A stretch of 29,641 nt of DNA from the IMG/VR virus record IMGVR_UViG_3300032232_000877, positions 1 through 29,641 of that record; one strand, 5' to 3'. A model generated the notes under the pieces. That model searched no databases. It had not been told where the DNA came from and worked only from the letters and a program-made list of their open reading frames with translations. Position numbers and translations under genes: made by a program. Of the stretch, positions 17,201 through 26,118 are shown piece after piece (position 1 is the stretch's first letter; each line of letters opens with the position of its first letter). Source of the stretch: a virus (Duplodnaviria > Caudoviricetes).

Positions 17201-19586
17201 CAACACCAGTGCTACCAGTAAGTATAACTGGACGGAAGTCAATGCAATCGGTAAGACGAACGCCATTATATGATGGTATAGTTGAATATGTTAAACCGGC
17301 AGTAACATTGGTTGCACTTGGCAAATAGCTATTGACACTAGCACAAGCGCTTCCGCCAGTTCTTGCAAAATACCTATAAACAAAGGATATACTATCAGTT
17401 GTAAATGATTTTTTACCAACATATCGCAGCTTAACATTTGTAAAGTAATTGTCACGTTGACCATCATCGCTAATAACCCAGTCACTAAGAGGTGTGGAAA
17501 CGCTTGCAACAGTAACACTAGTTAGGCTAAACACTTCTGCTTTAGAAAGAGTAAATACAGTTTGACCAGAAGTTGCAGTTTGCGTATCTGTTTGTGATGT
17601 AAGAGTCTTTGTCATCACACCATCGCCTCCTGTTCCAATGCCAACATTGACTGGTATAATAACAGTATAGGCTGCGCCGCCAGCAACAGCATCAAAATTT
17701 AATGTAATGCTTGAGCCGCTTCCAGACACACTATTTACTACAGTTTTAACGCCGGCAACAAATAAGATTATATTGCTTGGTGTTAAATCAGAAAATTCGC
17801 GTTGCCCGCTAGTCACAGTTAAAGCAATTGTAGTAGTACTTGTAACAGTACCGCTTGCAGTGTGTAAAATATTGTATCTGATGTTGGTCAGACTATTTAC
17901 TGCATCAAATGGCAATTTGAATACTGCAGTATCATTGCTAGCAAAGGCGAGTGCTCCTCCGGTTGCTACTGTAAATTTAACAGGTGTAGCAGCAGCATTC
18001 CAAATGCTGCCGATGTCAGCCAAATTAAATCCGGCATTTGTGGTTATAGTGATGTCATATAGATACAAGCGATATGTTGATGCACCTTCAACTTCAACGG
18101 CTTTAATCTTACAAGTACCAACTGAAAAACTCAATATGTTACCTGAAGCAACTGTAATTGTTGTTGCTGCAAATGTTACAGTATTTGTACCTGAATCTAT
18201 TGTAAGAATTTTAACACCAGCATTAAGACCAACTCCTGGGCCATACATAATCATGCCAACGGTTAAACCAGTAACATTTGGTAATACTAAACTAGTTCTA
18301 GAAGTATTAGTATAATTTGTACTACCATATGTTTTTGATACATAAGTTGCATTTATAGCATATGTACTACTAATCTCTGTGATGATGGGCAAGTATGAAC
18401 CAGACTCAAAAGATCCAATCACATAGTTTCCAATGTTCGCATATGTATTGGCTGGTGTCAATTCTGAAAGTGTGCGTGCCTTAGGAGCATTCAATTCGTT
18501 CTTGTCGAGTGGTGCAACGCGGTAGCCATACACATAGGCAACCGACGGATCAATACCCAAGCTGTAGCGCGTTTGTGCGTCAGCTATGCTAGCTGGCAAG
18601 TCGCCTGCACTAATACTATAACCAGCTTTATCCAATTCAGAGCTAACATAACGACCATAGTTGCTGCCATTGTTATACAATTCGCGAATGTGAGTTCTAA
18701 ACGGATTGAGTGTATAACTTCCGCTTTCTTCATATGTGCGTTGTGCAAGTTGACGGTCTAGATCGCTATAACGATCGCGCATTGCTACCGCAGGTACGCT
18801 ATTAACAACTGTCAACAGAGAAATTTTATCTGATGTGTTGGCTGCACTCCCGTCCGCTTCAAAGGTTAATGTCAAATCTACAGCATAACGATCAGCGCCA
18901 GGAGCATTATAATTGGGAGTACCATTTGCATTGTCTGTTAATGATGCATCAGTTGTATAGTCAACAAATGTTTCAGCTACGTAAAGGTAAGCTTTACCGT
19001 TTACACTAGCATCTTTAGTATCTAGCGTAAAGAAAACACTTTGTGCATCAGTTGCAACAAAACTTCCTTTTGTGAAGAATACTCCTTTTGAAAGAAATAT
19101 GCCAGCTGCATAACCAGTTGCTGTGACAGCAACATTCAATGCATTGTTTGTGCTTAAAGCATTGCTGATAGAGTATGCTGCAACTACACCACCAGTTGCG
19201 CTATTATTGTAGCGCAGGAATATGCGGTATGCACCGCTTACGCCTAAACTTTTTACACCCAATATACTTGCAGCTAATCCATTAAAAGGTAGTATGTTAG
19301 TTGATGCAAGGATTGCGGTTGATACATTAGTACCAGTAACCGTAGCATCAATGTATTGAATGGTTTGGTCATATGTACAACTGCCACCAATAACTGCAGC
19401 TCCATCCTTCCATACGCTCAGACCAAATTTATTGATTTGGTTTTGCAGTATGCTCTGCATTTGATTCAATTCACGAACCTGAACACTGTATCCTGCTTTA
19501 AACAAGATACGCAAATAATTTTTTGCATCTACATTCGAAGCCGTAAAATCATCGCGGTATATATTGTTGTCTGTTGTAATTGGCAT
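14295..19586 (-). CDS. Large virion structural protein, VrlC/DUF4815-like (1763 aa)
   Basis: Y.DDF...NY.RILF..G..VQ.RELNQMQSILQNQ, APGADR, YYLPRIDK, NRRYTMRDIG.LE.RI, RFKNG..VD.F, DPLAQSF, SQNASTWT, P.IRDFRAIA. Confidence 0.9.
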   Translation of the reverse strand: MPITTDNNIYRDDFTASNVDAKNYLRILFKAGYSVQVRELNQMQSILQNQINKFGLSVWKDGAAVIGGSCTYDQTIQYIDATVTGTNVSTAILASTNILPFNGLAASILGVKSLGVSGAYRIFLRYNNSATGGVVAAYSISNALSTNNALNVAVTATGYAAGIFLSKGVFFTKGSFVATDAQSVFFTLDTKDASVNGKAYLYVAETFVDYTTDASLTDNANGTPNYNAPGADRYAVDLTLTFEADGSAANTSDKISLLTVVNSVPAVAMRDRYSDLDRQLAQRTYEESGSYTLNPFRTHIRELYNNGSNYGRYVSSELDKAGYSISAGDLPASIADAQTRYSLGIDPSVAYVYGYRVAPLDKNELNAPKARTLSELTPANTYANIGNYVIGSFESGSYLPIITEISSTYAINATYVSKTYGSTNYTNTSRTSLVLPNVTGLTVGMIMYGPGVGLNAGVKILTIDSGTNTVTFAATTITVASGNILSFSVGTCKIKAVEVEGASTYRLYLYDITITTNAGFNLADIGSIWNAAATPVKFTVATGGALAFASNDTAVFKLPFDAVNSLTNIRYNILHTASGTVTSTTTIALTVTSGQREFSDLTPSNIILFVAGVKTVVNSVSGSGSSITLNFDAVAGGAAYTVIIPVNVGIGTGGDGVMTKTLTSQTDTQTATSGQTVFTLSKAEVFSLTSVTVASVSTPLSDWVISDDGQRDNYFTNVKLRYVGKKSFTTDSISFVYRYFARTGGSACASVNSYLPSATNVTAGLTYSTIPSYNGVRLTDCIDFRPVILTGSTGVVDVLNPYSSISAAANYYLPRIDKVCVDYNGNFEITQGNAELNPRVPETPPKSMALYTLAVPAYTHNATDIVSTYIDNRRYTMRDIGGLESRIKNIEYYTTLSLLEKSANDKPIFDSTGSRFKNGILVDSFYNNNTANIASEAYAASIDITKGILYPQYSSRRFDFKKVDNTLSSIKINSNTATLSYAETPLISQSYATEYESVNPYDLASFVGNVTLTPGSDEWKEVTNTTVYAALNTANYDTVKDTAVLGTIWNEWTTNWTGSTVTRSAPHTVRAPDGVIRQAVITTESGRQSRVGLQTQLNFTDITQNNGERVVDVTFIPFIRSRKVYFSATGLKPNTKVYPFFDGIDISAYSMQLASIVDYKNSAEVKTYNGISPANTALSTIGIVTSALITNVAGEIKGVFLIPNNEVYKFRTGSRSFRLADSSRNLPSEITTYADSNYAANGLTQTNETLITSTRIPQLSQTRVDESKAVSRVTKVQYVDPLAQSFMIGDIETGAFVTSLDLYFQSVSATLPVTVEIVTVENGTPTQKVVPFSQVSLNPYTIDGSGAYTTTRVVQISENGSAATRFTFSDPVYLKAGAEYAIVVKSNDPAYRMYVARVGGTDLATSQKITKNVYAGVMFMSQNASTWTPDQTRDFKFVLNRAAFVGSGSLQFKPTFSTGVESVTISAGGSGFTQAGASMTFAAPAGGGTTATGVPTVDILTGSIVSVRVTNAGSGYAYNESPTLTFANTTGSPVAPTATANLLNVPVTTFNLAQENITVEGTGITNTLTLGNLTPIIISPNENYDLKTAFSVNLSTALNTSMTTVLSTSSDYVSPVIDLDRVSLLTVKNEINALADNDTTETTADKGAATSRYLTKTVNLNNPADQLNIYINANRPTAAAKITLYAKLAYDGASATPTSWVKISPVNAIPVSSNSEEYTEAEYTLSSSANDFIGFTIKIVFSSDNLYDVPSIRDFRAIATTGV

Positions 19587-20977
19587 TAGAATTGAATGAT
19601 TATTTTGATTTTTTCAGTTTGACCAGCACTACGTGTAATTTTTTTGCGATTTTCAACAAATACAACTTCTCCAACGGTACGTGCATATATACCATCTCCA
19701 CCAGTAATGCCATTAAAGTTTGATGTACATTCTGAAGTAGAAATTGTAGAGTATGTATAAGTGGCAGATCCTGTGGTTGATAAACGGAAAGTAGTACTTG
19801 CATTTGCCAGTTCTTTAAAGCCTGAAGTGTAATTTTGGTGGAAATATAATTTATCTCCGACGACTGCATCAGCAACTGCAAATGGTACTCCACTAGTATC
19901 AGTTATCAAAACATTAGCGCCAGTAATGGAAGGAACACTATGACCAGATGGTAAATTAAGTGATCGCAATGCATTTGCGGTTGTATCCGTTGTGTTCGGA
20001 TTGCGAACAATTGAAACTTGGCGATATGGAGTATAAAAGTTATCCGAGCTGATACCATCAGCCAAATCAACAGATACACCAGCATACCACGATGGCATAA
20101 CGGCAGCTGGGATGTGAGCATATCCCAATCGCGGAGCAATAACAGGAACAACAATTGCACCGCTCCCACCTCCGCCGGTAATTTCTACTGATGCAGCCTG
20201 TAATCCTCTTGGCCAGCTTGCTAAAGCTAATGCGTGTACAACTCCTGTAATAACTCCGCCTACAACTGTAGGTGTTAATGCTATATCATATGTTGCGCTG
20301 CCAGAGCCATCACTTCCGCGCAACTTTACCGTTGGAGTTGAAGTATATCCAGATCCTCCATTCACAACGTGAAACACTGGGCTACATATTCCACCTTGAG
20401 CTGTACTTAAAGCTAAGTTTGTACTGGTCAATGCAGTCTGGCTTACTTCAATAAATTGATCAGTTACGAATGCAGATCCAAGCTGACTTACAGGTTGCAC
20501 AAAAATCCAAACATAATTATCGCCACCTTGGGCGGGTATATATGTAGATGTATCAGATGGTGCGCTGGCCGTAAGACCTCCAGAATTGTTAGCTAAGCAA
20601 AGATACATACCAGTTGGAGTAGTTGCATAACATGGCAACAGGTTTCCAGTTGCATAAAAGCAACTGCTGTCATAACTGTTATATGCTTTATATCTGTTAC
20701 CATTAGCATATGGCACGTTTGGAATTACTAGTGTTGTATTGCTAGCTCCAAGTTTGCTAAATGTGGCAACATTATTCAACACTTCTAACCCATCACTAAA
20801 TGATCCAACAGGTGCAGCAACATTATAACCAGAAGCATCTTCTGTTACAGCCCCTGCATCAGGCCATTTGTCAGATTTACCAATTCCCAAGTAATAGTTG
20901 TTGGTGGCTCCGGCTATATCGTTTAAAAATAATTTTGCACTATTTCTGCGAAAGTTGTCTGTAATAATTGCTGACAT
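19586..20977 (-). CDS. gp8: Baseplate wedge subunit gp8-like (463 aa)
   Basis: MSAIITDNFR, YY.GIGKS..W, Y.CL.N, D.YVW, YRQVSIVRNP, GEVVFVENR..ITR...Q.E.IKIIIQF; synteny. Confidence 0.88.
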   Translation of the reverse strand: MSAIITDNFRRNSAKLFLNDIAGATNNYYLGIGKSDKWPDAGAVTEDASGYNVAAPVGSFSDGLEVLNNVATFSKLGASNTTLVIPNVPYANGNRYKAYNSYDSSCFYATGNLLPCYATTPTGMYLCLANNSGGLTASAPSDTSTYIPAQGGDNYVWIFVQPVSQLGSAFVTDQFIEVSQTALTSTNLALSTAQGGICSPVFHVVNGGSGYTSTPTVKLRGSDGSGSATYDIALTPTVVGGVITGVVHALALASWPRGLQAASVEITGGGGSGAIVVPVIAPRLGYAHIPAAVMPSWYAGVSVDLADGISSDNFYTPYRQVSIVRNPNTTDTTANALRSLNLPSGHSVPSITGANVLITDTSGVPFAVADAVVGDKLYFHQNYTSGFKELANASTTFRLSTTGSATYTYSTISTSECTSNFNGITGGDGIYARTVGEVVFVENRKKITRSAGQTEKIKIIIQF

Positions 20978-20997
20978 ATTTTTATATTATTTGAATC

Positions 20998-21005
20998 TAT
21001 TTATA
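20998..21005 (-). promoter_or_regulatory. T4 late promoter TATAAATA
   Basis: Exact consensus overlapping the gp7 stop codon, 20 nt upstream of the gp8 ATG. Confidence 0.8.
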
Positions 21006-23790
21006 CGAGTAGATAGTTGGTTATTAAATCGGTTTGTGTGGTGTCGTTGCTCTTTGTATATCCTAACCCAGCTGCAAGAATAGAGACCGCAGTAACGCTT
21101 CCGCTATAACCAGTAGCTGTTACAGTAGCTGTTGCAAGATTGCCTGCTGTGCCACCACTGATGGTAAGAATGTCACCTACTGTATAACCAGCGCCAGCAA
21201 CTGTTGGCTTTGTTACTAGAGAAGTAATTGCTCCGCCAGCGCCAACCGCAGCTATACTTAATATGCAACCAGTTCCAACAACGCTGCTTGTAGCTTTGCC
21301 AGTGCCAGTTGTGTATCCTAAACCAGCTGTCATAAGAAGGACTGCAGTAACTGGCCCCTTTGCACCGCCTCCACTAATAGTTGTTACTATAGCTTGCGCA
21401 AGATTGTCTACTGTGCCACCACTGATGGTAAGAATGTCGCCTACAGCATAACCAGTGCCAGCAACTGTTGGTGCTCCTGCAAGAGAAGTAATTGCTCCAC
21501 CAGTGCCAATTGTAACTATATTTAAAGTACAACCAGTTCCACCCGCATCGGTTGTAGCTTTGCTAGTGTTTGGTCCGCTTCTTACAATTGATGCTACATT
21601 CAACATCTTATAAGCATAAGAATGTAGATAATTAAATGCTCCATTGGTAAGTGTAAGAATGTCGCCAACTTTATAATTGGAACCAGCAGTATTCAATGGC
21701 GTTGATATAGAAGTAATTCCTCCATTGGTATCAACCGCAGTTATGTTTAATGCAAAATTGCTTCCAGATCCACCAGTTGTAACTTTACCAGTACCAACAA
21801 TATATCCAACACCTGCATTAAGAATGGTAACGCTTGCTACTGGCCCTGCAGCTCCACTTCCAATAACAGAAGAAACTATAACTGTTGCAAGACCTGAATT
21901 GATCATTGAAGAGATTGTTCGGTCACTACCCAAAAAACCATCACCCAAACATGATGGGTCTCTAAACTTTATTCCGTTAAGATCATACTCTTGGCTAACT
22001 AGCTGTCTTTCACTATATACCGAAGCCAGTATGAATTGAAAAACCATGATTACTTCACGCGATAATGATATGGTACCTTCAGCGAATAATGCAGTAAAGA
22101 TGTATTCAAGATTGCCAATCGACAACCAGCCAGGTTGGTATTTTGGAGTATGGCGTTGATATGTATCTGTTGGATTTAAAGCACTCAACCAACTGTAACG
22201 ATCCTGTAGGTTTGTCAATTCGTATGAAATAAACGAATCCCAAACATTAAGACTTTGTATTTCCAATAGCAGCGAAGTAAATAGTTTTAAACCAGCTGGA
22301 TGAACAAATTTTAAAAATGCATCCCGCCATACGCTTGCATCGCTGTTGGATTGTATGTCGTATGAATAGTTTTGCCAATAGTTGCTATCCTGAATCTTAT
22401 AAGAGTCTGACGCAAATCCTTTGTGATCTTCATACTGCCATTCAGGCTCGGTTTGCAATTGCCAAATTATACTATGCCCAGGTAAACTGCCATCATCAAC
22501 ACATTTATAAACTGTGCGATTTGGAAAGGTTCCTGTTCGTGCATAAAGATTACCATTTGTTGGTTGTGTAGCATTGGTGTCTCCATCTATTAGAGCTAAA
22601 ACTGCCGTTCCAACAGTTGACATAATCACAGGTATATACGTACCGATGCGGGCCGTTGGGTTGTTTCCAAGAGGGCGTTGGTTCGGTGTCCAGTAACCAG
22701 CATTAGTACCAGTAAAGCTTAATGTTGGGTTTCCAATAGCGTCTTCGTTTTCAAACCATTCTGGGACAAGATCGGGAGTATAGAAGGATTCGTCGGTATC
22801 AGAAATCCATGTTAATGTGTAACCTCCCTGATCTATACTTAGAATCCAACGAACAGCGGCGCTGCTCCAATAACATTTTTGCAAAGGGTTAGTTGTGCTG
22901 GTATAAAATGGTCTTCCGTCTTGAATTCCGCTTTCAACTAAAGTATCAAAGACAACAGAATTACCCGTCACATCATCATATAAGTCTCCGCCAAAAGCAA
23001 GAGTTTTACCACCTCCTCCACGTAAAATCCATCTAGCTTCAATACTAGATGGATCTGCTCCGACTGCACCATTCCAATACAATGCATACTGCTGCTGTAA
23101 TAAATTTGTTAATGTGCCAGTACTAGTATATGCAAATCGCCCATTATATGATCCAGTATAAGTTAGTGTTGGGATGTTTATAGTAACACCTTCACTAGCA
23201 AGGACTGGATTTAATGTTAGCGCTGTGGTATCGCTTAATGTTAATATCGAATTGTCATTATCAGCAATTATCACATTTTCAAGGCCACTATTGTTAACTG
23301 TAATTGTGTCCGCCACTCCGTTGACTGGCGGAGTTGTTCTTTCTAATGGTGGCACATCATAAGGATCCCAATTGATCTTACCGCTTGAAGGTGCAAACAG
23401 GTATTCTTTAGGGTAAAAGATTGATACAGTTTCATTTAAGAATATCTTAAAGAATGCAGTTATACTATCTTCACTTCCGCGAGTATTGTAATATTTTACA
23501 ATAATTTTATACAATGCGACTTTATCTAAAGAAGTGCTGTTGGGTATATTGTTTGCAATAAGATTGCCTATGCTATCAAGATAGTTATTGCTTACAACAT
23601 CAATATCTTTATCAGTAATTATGCTGCCAATTTCCGCTGAAGGCAACCCACTTGTATTGATGTAGTTGTAATACTCTTGAATGAATGCAATGATATTTGC
23701 TGCACCTGATTGTATATTTTCAGGAAACAATGATTGTGCACGTACACTTTCAAGGTTTCGTGGGCGGCTGTTAGCAATACTTAATAGCAT
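21001..23790 (-). CDS. gp7: Baseplate wedge initiator gp7-like with inserted and appended domains (929 aa)
   Basis: FIQEYY.Y, YYNTRGSE.SI..FFKI...YPK..LF..S.G, IQDS.YWQ.YSY.I, FVHPAG.KLF; located between gp6 and gp8. Confidence 0.85.
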   Translation of the reverse strand: MLLSIANSRPRNLESVRAQSLFPENIQSGAANIIAFIQEYYNYINTSGLPSAEIGSIITDKDIDVVSNNYLDSIGNLIANNIPNSTSLDKVALYKIIVKYYNTRGSEDSITAFFKIFLNETVSIFYPKEYLFAPSSGKINWDPYDVPPLERTTPPVNGVADTITVNNSGLENVIIADNDNSILTLSDTTALTLNPVLASEGVTINIPTLTYTGSYNGRFAYTSTGTLTNLLQQQYALYWNGAVGADPSSIEARWILRGGGGKTLAFGGDLYDDVTGNSVVFDTLVESGIQDGRPFYTSTTNPLQKCYWSSAAVRWILSIDQGGYTLTWISDTDESFYTPDLVPEWFENEDAIGNPTLSFTGTNAGYWTPNQRPLGNNPTARIGTYIPVIMSTVGTAVLALIDGDTNATQPTNGNLYARTGTFPNRTVYKCVDDGSLPGHSIIWQLQTEPEWQYEDHKGFASDSYKIQDSNYWQNYSYDIQSNSDASVWRDAFLKFVHPAGLKLFTSLLLEIQSLNVWDSFISYELTNLQDRYSWLSALNPTDTYQRHTPKYQPGWLSIGNLEYIFTALFAEGTISLSREVIMVFQFILASVYSERQLVSQEYDLNGIKFRDPSCLGDGFLGSDRTISSMINSGLATVIVSSVIGSGAAGPVASVTILNAGVGYIVGTGKVTTGGSGSNFALNITAVDTNGGITSISTPLNTAGSNYKVGDILTLTNGAFNYLHSYAYKMLNVASIVRSGPNTSKATTDAGGTGCTLNIVTIGTGGAITSLAGAPTVAGTGYAVGDILTISGGTVDNLAQAIVTTISGGGAKGPVTAVLLMTAGLGYTTGTGKATSSVVGTGCILSIAAVGAGGAITSLVTKPTVAGAGYTVGDILTISGGTAGNLATATVTATGYSGSVTAVSILAAGLGYTKSNDTTQTDLITNYLLV
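21050..21870 (-). repeat. Three ~80-90 aa Gly/Thr-rich repeats at the gp7 C-terminus
   Basis: GGxITS...AGxxYxVGDILT occurs three times; gccaccactgatggtaagaatgtc at 21151 and 21415 (264-nt period). Confidence 0.85.
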
Positions 23791-23795
23791 AAGAT

Positions 23796-25658
23796 TTAGC
23801 GATCTCGTTTAAATGTGTTGTAGTCAACCGAGCGGCTACTTCCGCCAATTGCAATGCTGTCAACTTCGCCAGTTACATTTACCAAATTCATATCAATTCT
23901 TATAAGTTGATTTTTCTTAGGAGCAATATCATTGCTTGCTGGCAATAAGTTTAATGTGATTGTTAGTGGCTCTCCACCATCAACATACAATTCAGCCAAT
24001 TCAACTTTTCCAGTAACAAGGTTGATGCGACCAGCATCACTAGTTATTTTTACTCGCTGACCACCTGCGCCCAAATAATAAACGTACACTCTGTGATATG
24101 TTGGGTCACCAGCTATAGCTTCATCACCATAATAACACTGTGTTGCATTGATATTAAATGATGAAGAAGAAATTATAACATAACCATCTTCATCATTGGT
24201 CAAGGCCGTGCCATAGTATATAGTATTTGCTGACTGATTTTGTGGATCTACCACAAAAGATTTGGATACATACACACGCACCAAACTGTTTAAAATTGCA
24301 GGACTGTATGTATCAATTGTTTTTAACAATGAAGAATGGCGGAATACGCCATCAAATGACTCAAGGTATGCAACACCAAAATCATTAACAGCAGTGTATA
24401 TTTTTCCTTCAAGCTCGCCTTTTGAAAGATTGGTTTTGGTATTGTTATATTTGAACAACACATCTAGGCTTAAATTGATATATTCAGGATCTACAAACTC
24501 AGGAGTAATACTCAATACCTTTTTATATTTAACAATGTTGAGTATTTCTTCTTTTTGTGCTGCCGTTAAATACAATGCATCTTTTGGTTTTACACAAATG
24601 AAAGCTTTACCATATTGAGGAGGGTCATTATCTTCACCACCCCATACAGCTATACTTTGAGTTGATGGAAATTTAGCAGCGATAATTGTTTTGTAGTCGT
24701 CTGCTGTTACTGCTCTGTTTTGACTAACAAATGAATTGGGCGCATTAAATCGAATACTTTCAATATCTTCTTTACTGTTACCGCCGGCTGCAGGGCTAAC
24801 AGTAATTATTGGAAGTATGCTGGTTGCTCCAGATGGCAAGGAGCCTATGTACTGAAATGAATTTGAGCCGTTGCTATCAACACCGGCTGTTGTGAGATAT
24901 TCAAATTCAATTATGCTTAAATTGTTAGGTCGTTTTCCAAAAATATTATTACCAAACTCTAGTTGATATTTGCCATAAACATTTTCGTTAAGAAGATAAA
25001 TTTGGCTATTGCCATTTATACTTCCTATGCTTACTTCAGTAAAAGGAGTATAGATGTCAGCGGTTTGTTGGCTGCTGCTGCTGTATACTCTAACAATAAG
25101 TGTACTAATATCAACATTTTCATCATCAATTTGATATGTTAATTTTTCAGATACATTATTAACTTGAAAACGTTTAGTCTCAATACTACCTTGTTGAACT
25201 TTAATTGTTTCGGTATATAAATTTTGCCCAGAGTCTTTGTTTATAACCAATTCGTCGAGGTTGAGAAACACATAAGTTTTTCCATTGATACTTGTTTTAA
25301 AATTGCTTCCGCGTGGTAAAGTAATGGCTGATCGCCCATCACCAACAAATGAAACAGTTATTGAAGCAGCAGCACTAGCTCGACTGCGAGGAATATACCC
25401 AACAAGTTTTGCATTTGAAACTACACTGCTGCGCAATTGTGCGCTGTCAATAAATGTTTCATTTAGTGCCATATGCGCCAAAATTGCATTATAGTGTGTG
25501 TTGTATGCTAATACATCTAGCAGTTGGTTTAATCCACTGCCAGTATAATTCCAATCACTAAATGGTGAATCGCTTGTTGTAAAATAATCAATTAGATTTT
25601 GTTTGATTGCATCAAAATCCAATTCGGTTACATTTAGTGTTTGTCTAGAAATTGACAT
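23796..25658 (-). CDS. gp6: Baseplate wedge subunit gp6 (620 aa)
   Basis: ELDFD.IK.NL, GSGL..LLDVLAYNTHYN, E.FIDSAQLRSSVVS.AK..GY.PRS, FG....G..P, QNRAVTA.DY, WGGE...PP.YGK. Confidence 0.95.
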   Translation of the reverse strand: MSISRQTLNVTELDFDAIKQNLIDYFTTSDSPFSDWNYTGSGLNQLLDVLAYNTHYNAILAHMALNETFIDSAQLRSSVVSNAKLVGYIPRSRASAAASITVSFVGDGRSAITLPRGSNFKTSINGKTYVFLNLDELVINKDSGQNLYTETIKVQQGSIETKRFQVNNVSEKLTYQIDDENVDISTLIVRVYSSSSQQTADIYTPFTEVSIGSINGNSQIYLLNENVYGKYQLEFGNNIFGKRPNNLSIIEFEYLTTAGVDSNGSNSFQYIGSLPSGATSILPIITVSPAAGGNSKEDIESIRFNAPNSFVSQNRAVTADDYKTIIAAKFPSTQSIAVWGGEDNDPPQYGKAFICVKPKDALYLTAAQKEEILNIVKYKKVLSITPEFVDPEYINLSLDVLFKYNNTKTNLSKGELEGKIYTAVNDFGVAYLESFDGVFRHSSLLKTIDTYSPAILNSLVRVYVSKSFVVDPQNQSANTIYYGTALTNDEDGYVIISSSSFNINATQCYYGDEAIAGDPTYHRVYVYYLGAGGQRVKITSDAGRINLVTGKVELAELYVDGGEPLTITLNLLPASNDIAPKKNQLIRIDMNLVNVTGEVDSIAIGGSSRSVDYNTFKRDR

Positions 25659-25665
25659 ATATTGA

Positions 25666-26103
25666 TTATCTTAAACGGGTTAAATAAAATTGAACTTCTT
25701 CTTCTTGATCGTATAGTACAACAAATCCTATGGTTATGCGGTATGCATTGTTGTCGCTGTCATCATATATTTGAACGGTCACATTGTTTATTCTTGGTTC
25801 AAACTGACCAAGGCATCGCTGTATTTCATCCTTTAACGAAAGAGCAGTAAAAATACTAGCTGGCTCAAACAGTAAAGCGCGGACACCACTTCCAATTTCA
25901 GGATGAAACGGATGATCATAAAAACTTGTCAGGACTATATTTTTTATACTGTTCTTTACAGCATCAATATCTGTAATTGGTCTGATGTCTTTAAGAACAG
26001 GATGAACGATAAATGATAAGTCCAAATCAGAATATATGTACTTCTTAGCAACATTACTTGACGTTATGTTTGAAGAATTGTAATCCGATAAGATATTACT
26101 CAT
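25666..26103 (-). CDS. gp25: Baseplate protein gp25 (145 aa)
   Basis: YSDLDL.F..HP...DI....D..AVKNSIKNIVLT...PF.P..G.....LFE...FEPRI. Confidence 0.93.
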   Translation of the reverse strand: MSNILSDYNSSNITSSNVAKKYIYSDLDLSFIVHPVLKDIRPITDIDAVKNSIKNIVLTSFYDHPFHPEIGSGVRALLFEPASIFTALSLKDEIQRCLGQFEPRINNVTVQIYDDSDNNAYRITIGFVVLYDQEEEVQFYLTRLR

Positions 26104-26110
26104 TACATTC

Positions 26111-26118
26111 TATTTATA
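26111..26118 (-). promoter_or_regulatory. T4 late promoter TATAAATA
   Basis: Exact consensus, 7 nt upstream of the gp25 ATG. Confidence 0.85.
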
